Origin: Nemertoderma westbladi | Taxonomy: Eukaryota; Animalia; Xenacoelomorpha | Length of the DNA: 64,000 bases | Direction: 5' to 3' | Assembly (NCBI GenBank): GCA_032718475.1 | Contig: JAUCBJ010007147.1 | Location: 44,083 to 108,082 of the forward strand | Part shown: positions 36,198 to 48,218 of the stretch, one piece after another | How the letters are laid out: each line of letters opens with the position of its first letter | Numbering within the stretch: the stretch's first letter is position 1 | Made by a program: the position numbers and the translations under genes | Notes under the pieces: model-generated | Told to the model about the DNA's origin: nothing | The model's database searches: none | The model's input: the letters and a program-made list of their open reading frames with translations, nothing else

Positions 36198-37284
36198 ATG
36201 CCGCGCAAGATGAGACCGATTTTAAGCCAAAGCTTCGACAAAAAACTGTTAAGAATTTCTTCAGATCCTTCATCACCTGCGGGTTTTGCAAGTATCGCAA
36301 AATTAGCAAAAGCCGCAAACATCAAACCATCTCAAGCTCTGAAATGGTTGAGTGGGCAAAAGACATACTCCCTTCACACACCACGTAGACATCATTATCC
36401 AACATCTAAAATATTTACGGAGGGTTAAAAGATATATATATGATAGATCTGGTGGATATGCAGCAATATAAATCTTACAATAATAATTATAACTATATAT
36501 TAACATGTATTGATGCCTTTAGACGGCTTGCTTTTGCCTATGGTATGAAAACAAAAACAGGTATTGAAATTATTAGTATATTGCAAAAAATATTCCAGAA
36601 AGGTAAACCAAACAGAATCGCGACTGATCAAGGGTCTGAGTTTCTAAATAAATCTGTAAGGAAATATTTAGATAGTATTGGAGTACAGTATTACGTAATG
36701 TACTCTGTGAATAAGGCGGCTATTGTCGAGAGATTCAATAGAACATTAAAAACAAAGATGTTCAAAATTTTCATGCAACGGGGGAATAATGCTTGAATAA
36801 AAATTTTACCGAAGCATATTTTCGCTTATAATAGGTCATTTCATAGGACTATACAAATGACACCCATTGAAGTTAATAAATTTAATGAAACTGAATTAAT
36901 TAATAGATTATATGGGAAATATAGACAGATTAATCACAAGAAAATAAAATTTCAAGTTGGAGATACAGTATGATTATCTATTGCGCGTACTGCTTTTGCT
37001 AAAGGCTATCGAGAACAATGGGCACGTGAATTGTTTATTATTCATCGGGTCAGATTGGATAGAGTACCAGCGGTAATGTTTGATATTAAGGACAGCGCCG
37101 GTGCTATAATAAATGGTTGATTTTATTCATACGAACTCCAAAAGGTCCACCCGAGTAGTAATATTTATCTTCCGATTGACAAAAATATTGGCAAACTTAA
37201 AGAATGTGTGTGCAATGGGAAAAAGAATATTTAGTCCGATTCATTGGATCCAAGAAACAGTCGTGGGTACAGCATATTAAATAA
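36198..37284 (+). pseudogene. Polinton retrovirus-like (RVE) integrase with several stops/frameshifts
   Basis: DPSSPAGF, WLSGQKTYSLH, IDLVDM, YILTCIDAF, DQGSEF, KAAIVERFNRTLK, FAKGY..W..ELF. Confidence 0.9.
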
Positions 37285-37553
37285 GTTTAGGTTTATACTG
37301 TATATTAATTCATTGCGCGAATAATGGTCACATATGGCCATAATTAATCAATATTAACTCGAATGATATTACTATACTATACTGTAAGTCTAATATCTAT
37401 AGTTCATTCGCTTTAAATAAAGCCAGTAAAATATTGATCCCTTGCATATACTGTAGAAGCAATGAACGTGGCGACAGATGTCTATAATTTAACATTATAC
37501 TGTATGTACAAAGGAGTCAAGTAGAGAGAGGGAGAGCTTAAATAATAATAATA

Positions 37554-39621
37554 ATGGCTATAGATACATATATCACTCTAGTTTCAGATAGCTCATTAAA
37601 CACATACCCCAATAATAACCCTAGTGAGTTTACTGTTGATTTAGCCGAAGAATTATATATTGGTGTAAACGCTAAAATTGGGCTTGCCGAGATTCAATAC
37701 CAAGCAACATACAGTAATATTACTTTGCAAACTCAAATCTCACTGTCAATCGGGGTAGATGCAAAAGATACCAAATCATACAGTTTATTTCCTGGTATGC
37801 ATAGCTCTATTCAAGTCATTATTGATGATATAAATAAACTGTTTAATTCTGAAGCGAAATATAAAGATTTCGAATTAATTTTTAATACAAATAATTCTAG
37901 AATTAAATTTAAATTTCCTAAAAAGTTGAAAAAAATACAATTAAGTCTACACGGTGATTTAATACAAATTCTAGGCTTAAAACAATTATTGGATCAAAAT
38001 CATCTGGGTATTCAGAATTGGGATATATACAGTACAACTACCGTAGATGAATTAAGCAATATTAATCGATATTATTAAACGATATATTAAACGATTAAAC
38101 GATATATTAAACCGATATTAATTTTAAATTTATTTAAATAATAATTTAATTATAATATATAATTATAATAAATAATTATTTAAAATAATAATTTTAAATT
38201 ATAGTGGACCAAAAATTTCAGAAATTGGTATTTTACATTTTCCGGATCCAACAAATATTACTGTAATAAAGATACAATCTTCATATATACAGATATTAGT
38301 GAAAGCTCTTTTGTTGGTGAAGCTTTAGCTATAGCTCCACTCTTAAGAACCTGTCCTTTAACCCTATTAAACCCGGGGGGGTCAATATGTCCCCTCCCAT
38401 GGTTTTTTTATTATAATTCTGAAACAAACGCAGTTGGGAATTTGAAATTTTATGACTTTTCCTAAATATCTATTGTCATCCTAGTAGTGAAAACCGTTTT
38501 CAAAAATATTGGGTACTTTTCGAGTTATAGCACCATTTTTTAACCCTACTTTTGGCACTTTTTTTGAGACGTTTTTTGAAAATTACATTTCATTAAATAT
38601 GAATTGTAACATCTCTATTTTTGATTTACACCGGTTTTTTGGTGTTAGAAATTGACAATGGAATCAGTAAAAATTTCATAAGAGTTCTCAAACTTGTATT
38701 TTTCGCCGGTGGGAGAAAATTGTTGTGCCAGCACCAAATTTTGGAAAATATGCAAATTGATAAGTAGATTGTATCACCTTGTTTCTTGCGTTATACGGGT
38801 TTATGAGGGTCCTGAATCCGATGGAATCAATAAAAACAGCACTGGACATCTCAAACTTGTACTTTTTGGTGATGGGTACGAAATTTGGTGCTAGCACCAA
38901 AATTTGCCAAATTACGCCGAAAAATACAAGTAGCAATGATCTGGCACATTAGAAATGTATTCCATTAGAATCAGCGCCCTCGAAAACCTGAAAATGTGAA
39001 TTTCTAGCATCGTATAAGTGAATTAAAATTTTGTGTTCTAACTGAAAAGTGCTGGTTACTTGTTTTTTTCATTTTTTTGCTACGCAGAGAGGACTAAACA
39101 GCCATTTATAGTAATCATATCATTTTTTAATATTTTCCAATGTATTTTGCACCCCAGAAAACCTGTATTGAAAAATAATTAGCCAAAAATGTAACTTTCA
39201 AATTTGGTGAAAATTGTGCACTACTTGTAATTTTGGTGCTGCAATATAACCACCCCAGTGCATTTTTTCGAAAATTTTTTTTTTCGGTCGGATCCAGACA
39301 AGTGATACCTACGTACAAACAAAAAATCAGACGTTTTCGTAAATATTTGTAGATTTTAGAGGGGGGGGGGGGGGGGGGGGTCAATATGACCCCCCCCCCG
39401 GTATTTGTACAACATTTTATAGCCCGGTACTAATAGGGTTAACACAATTAAATCGGAAATATATTAATTACGAATACGAGAGCATTTGCTATTACTCATT
39501 GTTGAATAAAAAACTAAAAACAATCTTAATTACTTTACGTGACGGTCAAGGTGAATTAATTAATTTCAACAGTGGTCGCACTGTTATAACACTTAAGTTA
39601 ATATGCGGCGGTGATGGATGA
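37554..39621 (+). pseudogene. Polinton minor capsid (penton) protein 1, disrupted and split by a MITE
   Basis: YITLVSDSS..YPNNNPSEFTVDL, IGLAEIQY; FIYTDI..SFVG..PLLRT (~38280-38357); ITLRDGQGELINF..TVITLKL (~39530-39600). Confidence 0.8.
38362..39438. mobile_element. piggyBac-type MITE, internally deleted sister of 34011-35555
   Basis: Same TIRs; TTAA at 38358-38361 and 39439-39442; lacks ~470 bp of the interior. Confidence 0.9.
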
Positions 39622-40015
39622 ATTCTATGTTAGGCTACCAAGTAACTCGTGTCCAATTGATTTTCCCCGTAATACTAATAGTAGTTATCAGATCAATTTT
39701 CATGGTGCCTTACCTATAAATCCAAACGAAAACTGGGTGGTTGGTATAAAAAGTATATTTTACTTAGCCACATTACCGTCCATATATAACAATATAGAGA
39801 ATGTTATTTTATTAAAAAAAGGGAAAAAAAACTTTGAGGATACACTTCCATCCGGTTTGTTCTACAGTATTAATGACATTATAGATTATTTTAACACTGG
39901 GGCGTTGAAAGATAAATTACAAATAGTTGAAAATACTCAGCAAAATAGATTGCAATTTATTTTATGGAAAACTGTACGAGAATTATTTATAGGTCAACAA
40001 TTAGCCTATTATTAA
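39614..40015 (+). pseudogene. Polinton minor capsid protein 2, N-terminal part (truncated)
   Basis: FYVRLPSNSC..FPRNTNSSY..L....WVVGIKSI.Y penton-type N-terminus. Confidence 0.75.
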
Positions 40016-42225
40016 ATTAAAGACGGCGTCGAGACGCCGTGAAGGAACCGAAGTTAAACCAAACCGAAACTAATATTTTTACAGGCCATAAGCCGCTAAC
40101 TATTTTTTTCAGGATATCAACTCTAAACCAGTTTCGAATCTGAGCGCCTGGTTACAAATCTGTATTTCCGCATTACGAATCAATGTGTTTGGTTAAAAAT
40201 ATGAGCACCTTGTCACGAATTGATGTCCCTGGTTACAATTTGTTACAAATGGTTGCAAATATGAGCACCCAGTATCAGCCAGCACTACCTATACTAATAC
40301 TGTAATTTGCACGTATGTTCAGCATTTGTAATCAAAAATTGCACCAAGGTAGTGAACAAAGCAGACAGGGGGGAAGTGGACGCAAAACCCACCTTGGCAA
40401 ATTAATATCCCGCCTCAATGTTAAATTCTCAATTTAGGGAAAAGAAACTCATATATCTCATAATCTGTTCCTAGTAATTATTAAAGCAGTTAGGGCAACA
40501 TATATCCTGTCTACATCAAAATTATATATAATACCAAACACCACTCATAGTATTAATGTTGCCAAAACATAATTAGACATCCAAACTCTGATTTTAATTG
40601 AACATTGCAACTAGTATAGTTTATCAATAGTACCCTACAGTTAGGTTCATATATGGCGAGTCAGAACTGCGAATAACCAGCGAACGTAGGTGTAGGTTTC
40701 AGTGTATGTGTGTGTCGGAAGCCAATATCAGAATATATAACTAGCCATAGTATAATTATAATTGTTCGCTGAGAGAGTTAGGCCTCACTGGTGTACACTA
40801 CTCTATAACTAAAAAGTCATTCAGGTGGCCAGCTTTTCCCAGGAACCTAATGTAATAGACAGTCACATTCATTGAATCCAGGGCAACAGTTTGTGTTGGA
40901 TTTTAAGGAGCTAACCTACGATTTTTCGTGAGAAAGCGATTAACTGAGACTGATGATAAACAGAAAGAAATAACTGCGGTGGAAGATGTACTCGTACAGT
41001 AGGTTTACTCTAAGCATGTAATGTAAGATAATAATACTTGAAATAAATTTATATCAAATAGCTTTGTTACCTATGATATTTAACTATCTATATGTAATGC
41101 AAGCAGAAGGTGATACCAATTCGATTCAAAATGCAATAATGATGCACATTATATTGGTTGCTTCCGATGTTTTTATTAGGCTAACTGAGAATGTATTAGG
41201 TATAAATAATTCGTGTTCTTTATTTTATTTATATAATACAGAAAGATCCCTCCGCAGATTAAACTGCTCTTTTCGGCCGTTTCCCAGGTTGCGGATAAGG
41301 ATAACTCTTACTTGGATTATTATCCGGACAGACACGTTGTGATAAACCTATGTTAACCTTCTGTACGCCCGCAATAAATATATTATTGGTGTAACTATAT
41401 TATATTTATATTTAACGTCAAGCTACTGTACTAATAGTAAAAACCGTACCGGTATGTAAGTAAATAAAAATCGACTGAGAGACCCAGACATGCATGTATT
41501 AGTGATCAGCTGACTGCAGACAGCTGTCGGTAGGTTTCGCCCCAATACAGTACAGTGGGCTTTATCAGGATGATCAAGCTAGCAGGACGACAGTAGTATC
41601 TAAAAGTTATATAAATCTAATCGGTACATAATGTAATTGTTGCTATTCGTTTATATCGTTGTCACTCTCGCTTTTACGTTCGATTTAAAGATTGTAAAAA
41701 CAAATTCTCTACAACGATGATTTTCCTATTTGTGGTAGACTGGCCGGATAACTGCAGATGGATAAGCGTCCCCGTAAAGGACCATGTGCATTGTCTAGCA
41801 TGTATATCTGGCAAGTTTCAGCTTGAATGGATAACAAATAACAAAATGAGGGAAGGTTTTCACTTTCAGACATTTCGATAGATAATAGTTGCACAATATG
41901 ATAGTATACTAGTAGCTACTAGTTCCGATCTCGTATAAAAGATACATAAGGTTGCAACTCAACCGGCTGGATAGATAAATCGGATGTAGGTATAACTATA
42001 CAACGCTGCACGAAGATGCATTACATTAAACCGATGTGATAATTATTTGTGTAATATATTTTACTATATAACACTATGCAGGAAGGAACTCTGATATTTT
42101 ATATTGTTAAACAAGAGTTTTAAAAAAATATTTCCTCGTATTATATTTTTCTCAAACCCCCCCACCCCCCCCCCCCCCTCTCCCTCTCCTTACACTACTG
42201 TAAGATTACTTGAGAAATGTGTAAA

Positions 42226-44836
42226 CTAAGCCCATCCTGATACCGAGATGGAAATTATCCGAACTTTTCGTGATTTATTTTTCTCCTATCCCATTTTGTG
42301 GTACTCTAAGCTTGTCAAAATACTCCTGTGCTATGGGACTCATCGGCGGCACCTTACCTAACTGCCTACCAAACCCCTTCATAGCTAGAAACTTGAATCC
42401 GTCCAATGGCAAAGCTCTCCGTTCTTGTCGAGTGTGCTGGTCTCTCGGAAGTAGGGAGTCTAGTTCTACCGAAATCCTGTGTCCCTTGAGGTCCCCTACC
42501 CCGTGCATGGACTTTAACTCTATTTGGATCTCCTCTGCGTCCTGGAAGCTAGAAACGGCTCTCGCCACTTCCTTGTCGATATAAGATAATATGGACACAG
42601 TGTCCAACATCACATATACTCTCTTCGATCTCTTATCTCCAGTAAGTTTCACCGGAATCACGCTAAATATCTCCGACGTGGCCAATGATAAATACGTCCG
42701 CACGCTGGTCGATGAACTATCCGCAGTGAAACCTTGGCAGGTCACCTCTCTCGCGCTCGCCTCGCCATCCTCGTCTGTCGAACCTGGTTGGTAACCGTCG
42801 TCCTGGATGCTGGTGTACGTATTTCTCCTTATCGATACGGGATCTCTGCTCCCCTTCCTTTGAGGATTTCTCTGTAAGTAACGGTCCGTTGGGGTATGGA
42901 AATCCGCATGTAGCAACTTGTGATGTAGTCTGCCGCATTCCATGCATCCGTCCTTGCTGTTCGGGCACTGCCGCCATACATGGCCTGGCGCAACACATGC
43001 CCAACAGGTGTCCAACATCCACACTTGAACGCTTCTCTGTTCCGAAGTTAATTCTTTGAACCGTCTGCAACTGTCTAACTTATGGTCGTCAGATCTTACC
43101 TCCTTTAGTAAGCAGAATTGGCAACCTACAAATCCAACCGGCAACTCCTGTTGCTTTATCTTAGGTCTATCTAACCGCTCACCTGACCATACTCGCGAGT
43201 CTGATCTAAAGGCAGGGGTACTCGAATTATATCTGTCTACTGAGTTGAAAGTCACAGTGGTCCTGTCATTGTCAAAACTTACCATTGACTTACTGGTAAC
43301 AGGTTTAACTCCCTCATATTCTCCTCTGAAAGTTTGATTTCATCTCTGCTACCGCATCTGTGGCTATCATGTCATGGATGTGTTGAAGTGTCAACACCTT
43401 ACCTTGACCCTCTAACTTATTCTCTAATTTGCGCCATTTCTGTCGGTAACGCATGTTTAAACGTCTTATTTATTATGCTCTTCAAAACTTTGGTGTGATC
43501 ACCATGATGAGGTAGATTCACCGTCCTCAAGATGTCTAATGCGTTTGAAATAGCGTTCGCTAAGTTCAACAGCTCTAACGGAGTTGTAATCCTTCCGCCC
43601 TTACCCAAGTCTACCGAATTCTCGAAATTGGGATTATGTATCGTCGGGACAGGCATTCTCACCTGAGGTCTATGTGGTATAGTTGCCTCCGATATACGTA
43701 CTCGTTGACTAGGTTGGACTTTATCTGACTCAGGCCTGCTAGGATTTGAATTACTTCTTACCTGGGCTGCTTCCTTTAACCGTAGGTTACTGAGCATGTC
43801 CGTTATAGGTTGGATGTGCGGCGATATAGCTTGCGCTAAACTAGCACTCAACTCATCCCTCGTAATAAATTCCTGGCTAGGGTTCTGTTGTGTTGTCGGC
43901 TCTATCTGAGTAATCCGCTGTCTCTCATATGATCCCTCTTCCGGTTTAACCCGGAAGTTATCCGTCGAACTGGGTCGGCGCTCCGTCCGCATATTCCAAG
44001 CCCGCGGGTTCGGTTCGCCAAATACTCGGCCCATCGGAGTTTCTCCTCTAAACTTTTCATTGTCACGTTCAGTATGTAGTGGTGCGGTGTTTTGATGACG
44101 TGGATTCTGCGCGATGGGTGAAGCACTAATACCAACTGGTCTGCGATATGTAGAGAACGGTTTAGCGATCCGAGTACTTGTAATAGCTGGACTGGGTATA
44201 GGAATTCTGGTCGTCGTCGACTCGCGTATAGTCGGAGTTCTCGCTTCCTGTTTGGCCTTCTGCAGTGTGAACAGTTCTCACAACTCGGTCCCTACACTCG
44301 CCCCACATTCTTCGATCATTCGCATCCCATTCTCGGCAATTTCATTCGCCTTCCTAGTCCGTTCTTCGCTCTCTAAATTTAATCTCGCACTTTCCAACTG
44401 CGCCAGTTTACGTTCTTCTTCTTCCCTCGCTCGTCTCGCTGCGCTCTCCTCTTTCACACGCGCCTTCTCTTCATACAATGCGTGTCTTCTTTTCTCAATC
44501 TCGAGTTCGCGTTCCTTGCGCTCATGTTCGAGTTGAAGCTCGCATTTCTTCTGTTCACGCTCGAGTTCCTTGCGCTCGCGCTCGGCTTGAAGTTCGTAAG
44601 ACGCAGCGAGACTACTTTACTTTACTTACTTCATAGCTACTTTACTTACTTTACTTATTGCCATCTCATAGCTGTCCTCTAATGCCTCACGCTCGAGTTC
44701 CTTGCGCTCGCGCTCGGCTTGAAGTTCGTAAGACGCAGCGAGACTACTTTACTTTACTTACTTCATAGCTACTTTACTTACTTTACTTATTGCCATCTCA
44801 GCTGTCCTCTAATGCCTCCTTCTCTGAGACACTCAT
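42226..44836 (-). pseudogene. BEL/Pao gag-protease, fragmented
   Basis: Coiled-coil N-terminus; CQFC..HKLDSC, CWACVAPGHVWRQC, CMECGRLHHKLLH; protease-like VIPVKL..YVMLDTVSILSYI. Confidence 0.85.
44557..44818. repeat. Tandem duplication (~130 bp x2) near the gag start, containing a (TTAC/TTTAC)n insert
   Basis: 44557-44687 is repeated at 44688-44818. Confidence 0.85.
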
Positions 44837-45475
44837 AGTCTAAATAATATTTGCCTTCCTGCCAAAATCTCGCATAAAATTCGAGATATATATAATTTAA
44901 TCGAAAATACGGTTAAATTATTTGTCAAATAATTGGTTGGTCACAAAATATCAAATAAATTCGCAATACAATATTGTGAATTAAATAGGATATAGTTATA
45001 GCAAATACTAGTACAATATTTAAACAAAAATATTATTTTATAGCTATTATGTAGCATTTAAATACTGGTATGACACAAATAATTTCTGAATCTAATTCAA
45101 AATATTCAAAAATGAACTTGCCACCCAAATATTTCTAATTTTACTATATAGCTCTAATCAACGCAATTTTAATTTCAAATATTATATGTATCCACTAGCG
45201 CGTGGCTACACCTTCGGGTTGCGACACTATCTCTCTCTCTCTCTAACTTGAGCGATTCAAAAAACCATGGCCGGCTAAACCTAACTAACCTAACTAATAA
45301 ATTGAGTTCAGCTTCGCAGTTAAACAACCGGTAATTTTTTACCGCTTCCACAAACACAATGGTGCCAACAGAACAACTAACCTTGTTTGCTGTGAGATTC
45401 CACGTCCGCGTCCAAAGTTTCAGGCTCTTCGCTGATTGCAAACCGAACCCGCAGACCCACACGAACCCCAAACTC

Positions 45476-45493
45476 AGAAGCTCCGTCTTGCCA
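45476..45493 (-). other. Putative primer-binding site TGGCAAGACGGAGCTTCT
   Basis: TGG directly after the LTR-terminal CA; cognate tRNA not identified. Confidence 0.55.
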
Positions 45494-46991
45494 TGTATCT
45501 CCAGATGGTATAAAACAACTAAGCGGTTATCTAATTATTACGCAACGGGTTGCACTAGTAGCAGTCTAAATACCGTATTATTTTCGACCTAATCAGTAAT
45601 TATTTATAGTAAACTAAGAAATAGAAATCAATCAAAGGGAAAAGAGCGCCTATCTAAGCATTCGTGATTTATTAGGCACACTTTAGTAACACACCAATCA
45701 GCGTAACAATCAATAATTAATACTTACCAATTATAGTTCCTAATGTACAATTCACAATCAGCAGTCAGCAATTCACAGTTCACAACTCGTAATCTACAGT
45801 TCGCACGTTGTTTGCGACGTAGTCTACAGTTTAGCTCGCAATGTAAAGCACGCAGGCCTCTCCCGGGTACATCTAGGCTTCCTAACTAAACCAATTCCTG
45901 CCCCCCTAATACTACAAAATAGAGACAAAATCTGGATCATCAGCCCCTAATTACTGTACCAGCGAGTGGTCTTCACTCTACAATGCTAACTGCCTGACCG
46001 CAACGGTGACCTCCCCGCCAGCGTTGCTTGCCTTTGAATCCTCCGCACTCCCTTCGTCGCTAACCCCCCGATGCCACGCCGCGCCTACTGGTACCTCAGC
46101 CCTCCATCTAATGGGTAGCTACCGTAACAGCGCATGCAATCACAAAGTCTGACAGTCTAAGAAAATCCCGTGGGATTATTGCATTGAAAGGAATCACATA
46201 GAACCATTAACTAAAGGGTAGAAATCATAGTTCCAGTTGTAATTAACAGTAATCATTGGGATTGATTGAGAAACACACCAAGAAATCAGCAGAGATTACA
46301 AATTAGTGAATTATTGCAAGAAATAATTGAAAAAGGCAGAAATACGCAAAAATACAGAATAATTAGTCTAAATTACGACTAGAATTACAAAGCACATACC
46401 GGAAATACCGCCTATTTATAGGTGATTCATGGAGGATGATGCAATCATTCTCTCATTGGCTCCCCAATCCACGCTACCATTAGACCAACCTGGAAGCAGT
46501 TAGGCCAATAAGGAAGCCGGATTGTGAACCTATCGCTCCCGAAATCACAAATTATTACCATATATGGTAATTTTGGCAATGCTTAATTTAGCGGTACTAA
46601 TAATATGATGCATAAAGATTAATTTAGTGCAATTATAAAGAAAATTAAGACCAATACATAGCTAGCCCTATTGAGGCTAATAACAGCAAGCTTATATCCA
46701 GGGTCCAACAGGAAACTTGCTACCCTGGAACTATTTACTTATATCTTATTACAAAATTACGTAGGTAGGGCTACATACTATACAAAATGGATAAATTCAA
46801 ATATATGGGCGTTTTATTTTCCTTATCTAAATATCGTTGCGCATTATTATGGCTTATCTAAATAATTATACTGTATAATGGCTAATATATTATACTGTAT
46901 AACGGCTAATATATTATACTGTATAACGGCTAATATATTATACTGTATAACACGACGGACTAATATAGGTACAGCGCCATATACCGCAACA
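45494..46991 (-). repeat. 5' LTR (~1.5 kb) of BEL family 2
   Basis: TG...CA ends; homologous blocks shared with 52038-53243 (e.g. CTAAATACCGTATTATTT, AGCGCCTATCTAA). Confidence 0.7.
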
Positions 46992-47554
46992 AGAATGGTT
47001 GCTTAAACGAACCCCCCTTGTGAGTATTGTATTGTTACGGGAGCAATCCCCCGACTATTCCAGGTATTACTCACCTTTACAAAGGTTTGCCTGAAAATAT
47101 AGATAGTTTAGTGAATAGTCGAGATTTATTAATTATAAATGATTTATTAACAGAAACTGAGTCCAGTACAGCCTTAACTGTATTGTTTACTAAGGTAGCT
47201 CATCATTCCAATATATTTAGTTGTTTCATAACGCAAAACATGTTTTATGGAGGGAAGCATAACCGTACAAGATCAATTAATAGCCATACCTTAGTATTAA
47301 TGAAAAATCCACGAGACAGTTTATCGGTTTTAAATTTCGCAAAGCAGATGTTACCAGGGCAGACCAAAGTTTTAGTAGATTCCTATCAAGATGCGACTAT
47401 TGAACCATTTTCGCATTTCTTAATTGATTTACGACAGGAAACACCCGAACATTTAAGATTTAGATCGGATATATTTCGTAATCATAATTGTTACATTAAA
47501 AATTACATTGACTATAAACGTAGCGAAAATAATAATAATAATAATAATAATTAA
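46992..47554 (+). pseudogene. Polinton packaging ATPase lacking Walker A (cut by the LTR junction)
   Basis: Aligns to 33327-34010; in-frame TGA at 47021-47023; Walker B IIDD changed to IIND. Confidence 0.85.
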
Positions 47555-47587
47555 TATTTTGTAACAATATTCAATAATGTTGCAACA

Positions 47588-47971
47588 ATGAATAGACTTG
47601 TGCAGAAATATTGTAACGAATTGGAATTTCTACGCAGCGCTACCCCTCAACAAAGAACTTATTTTATTAACCATACCGCGAGTAACGAATTAATACGGCT
47701 CATTGTAACTACTGCATTAAATGTTCTAAAAGGTAACGTACAATTGACCACTCATTCATTTAGAAATATTCGTTGTTATAAAAAGGTATTAAAATCACTC
47801 AACCGCAAAACAAAAAATATATCAAGTTACAGAAAAAAGTTAACCAATCAATCTGGTGGTATACTACCGTTTCTAATACCCTTACTCGGCATTGGCGCGA
47901 AACTCGCTGCGGGAGCTGGTGCCACCGCCACTGGAGCGGCTATTGCGAAAAGAATTAACCGTGGACGGTAA
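47588..47971 (+). CDS. Polinton core-type protein, copy 2
   Basis: 127 aa; NQSGGILPFLIPLLG. Confidence 0.7.
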   Translation: MNRLVQKYCNELEFLRSATPQQRTYFINHTASNELIRLIVTTALNVLKGNVQLTTHSFRNIRCYKKVLKSLNRKTKNISSYRKKLTNQSGGILPFLIPLLGIGAKLAAGAGATATGAAIAKRINRGR

Positions 47972-48218
47972 TAATGATTAAAACCGGAGTAACATTTAGA
48001 AAATTATATTTAGTATCGAGTAAACCGTTAGCTACTGATTTAAAACCTCAAGATATACATAGAGTAAATACTATAAAAAGAAAACCCTACAAAACTCTCT
48101 CAAAGAAAATAAAAAATTTCAACTGTTTTTACGGTGATGCCCTTTATAAGAGATTTGAATATACATATTACTTGCGGTTGTCGAAAAGATGCCACGCAAG
48201 ATGAGACCGATTTTAAGC

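Larger units (their letters stand above)
32019..40015 (+). mobile_element. Degenerate Polinton/Maverick (adintovirus-like) fragment
   Basis: AT-rich co-oriented cluster: packaging ATPase, QSG(G/S) core-type protein, RVE integrase, two minor capsid proteins. No PolB, MCP or TIR in the window. Confidence 0.85.
42226..46991 (-). mobile_element. BEL/Pao family 2: 5' LTR, PBS and degenerate gag-protease; 3'-truncated; abuts a Polinton ATPase copy
   Basis: LTR TGTTGCG...GAGATACA followed by TGG; gag Cys/His motifs. Confidence 0.8.
46992..48218 (+). mobile_element. Second Polinton fragment: ATPase 3' part, core-type protein, small ORF, integrase start
   Basis: Near-identical to 33445-34010 plus 35560-36227, without the MITE. 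Confidence 0.9.

Noticed and set aside
34233-39384. Short ORFs inside the piggyBac-type elements as a transposase
   Set aside because: No DDD transposase motifs; AT-rich internal repeats only.
40016-42225. Possible gene or LTR in an unassigned AT-rich stretch (also 14050-14690 and 63123-64000)
   Set aside because: No credible ORF, termini or internal homolog that I could establish by eye; left unannotated.
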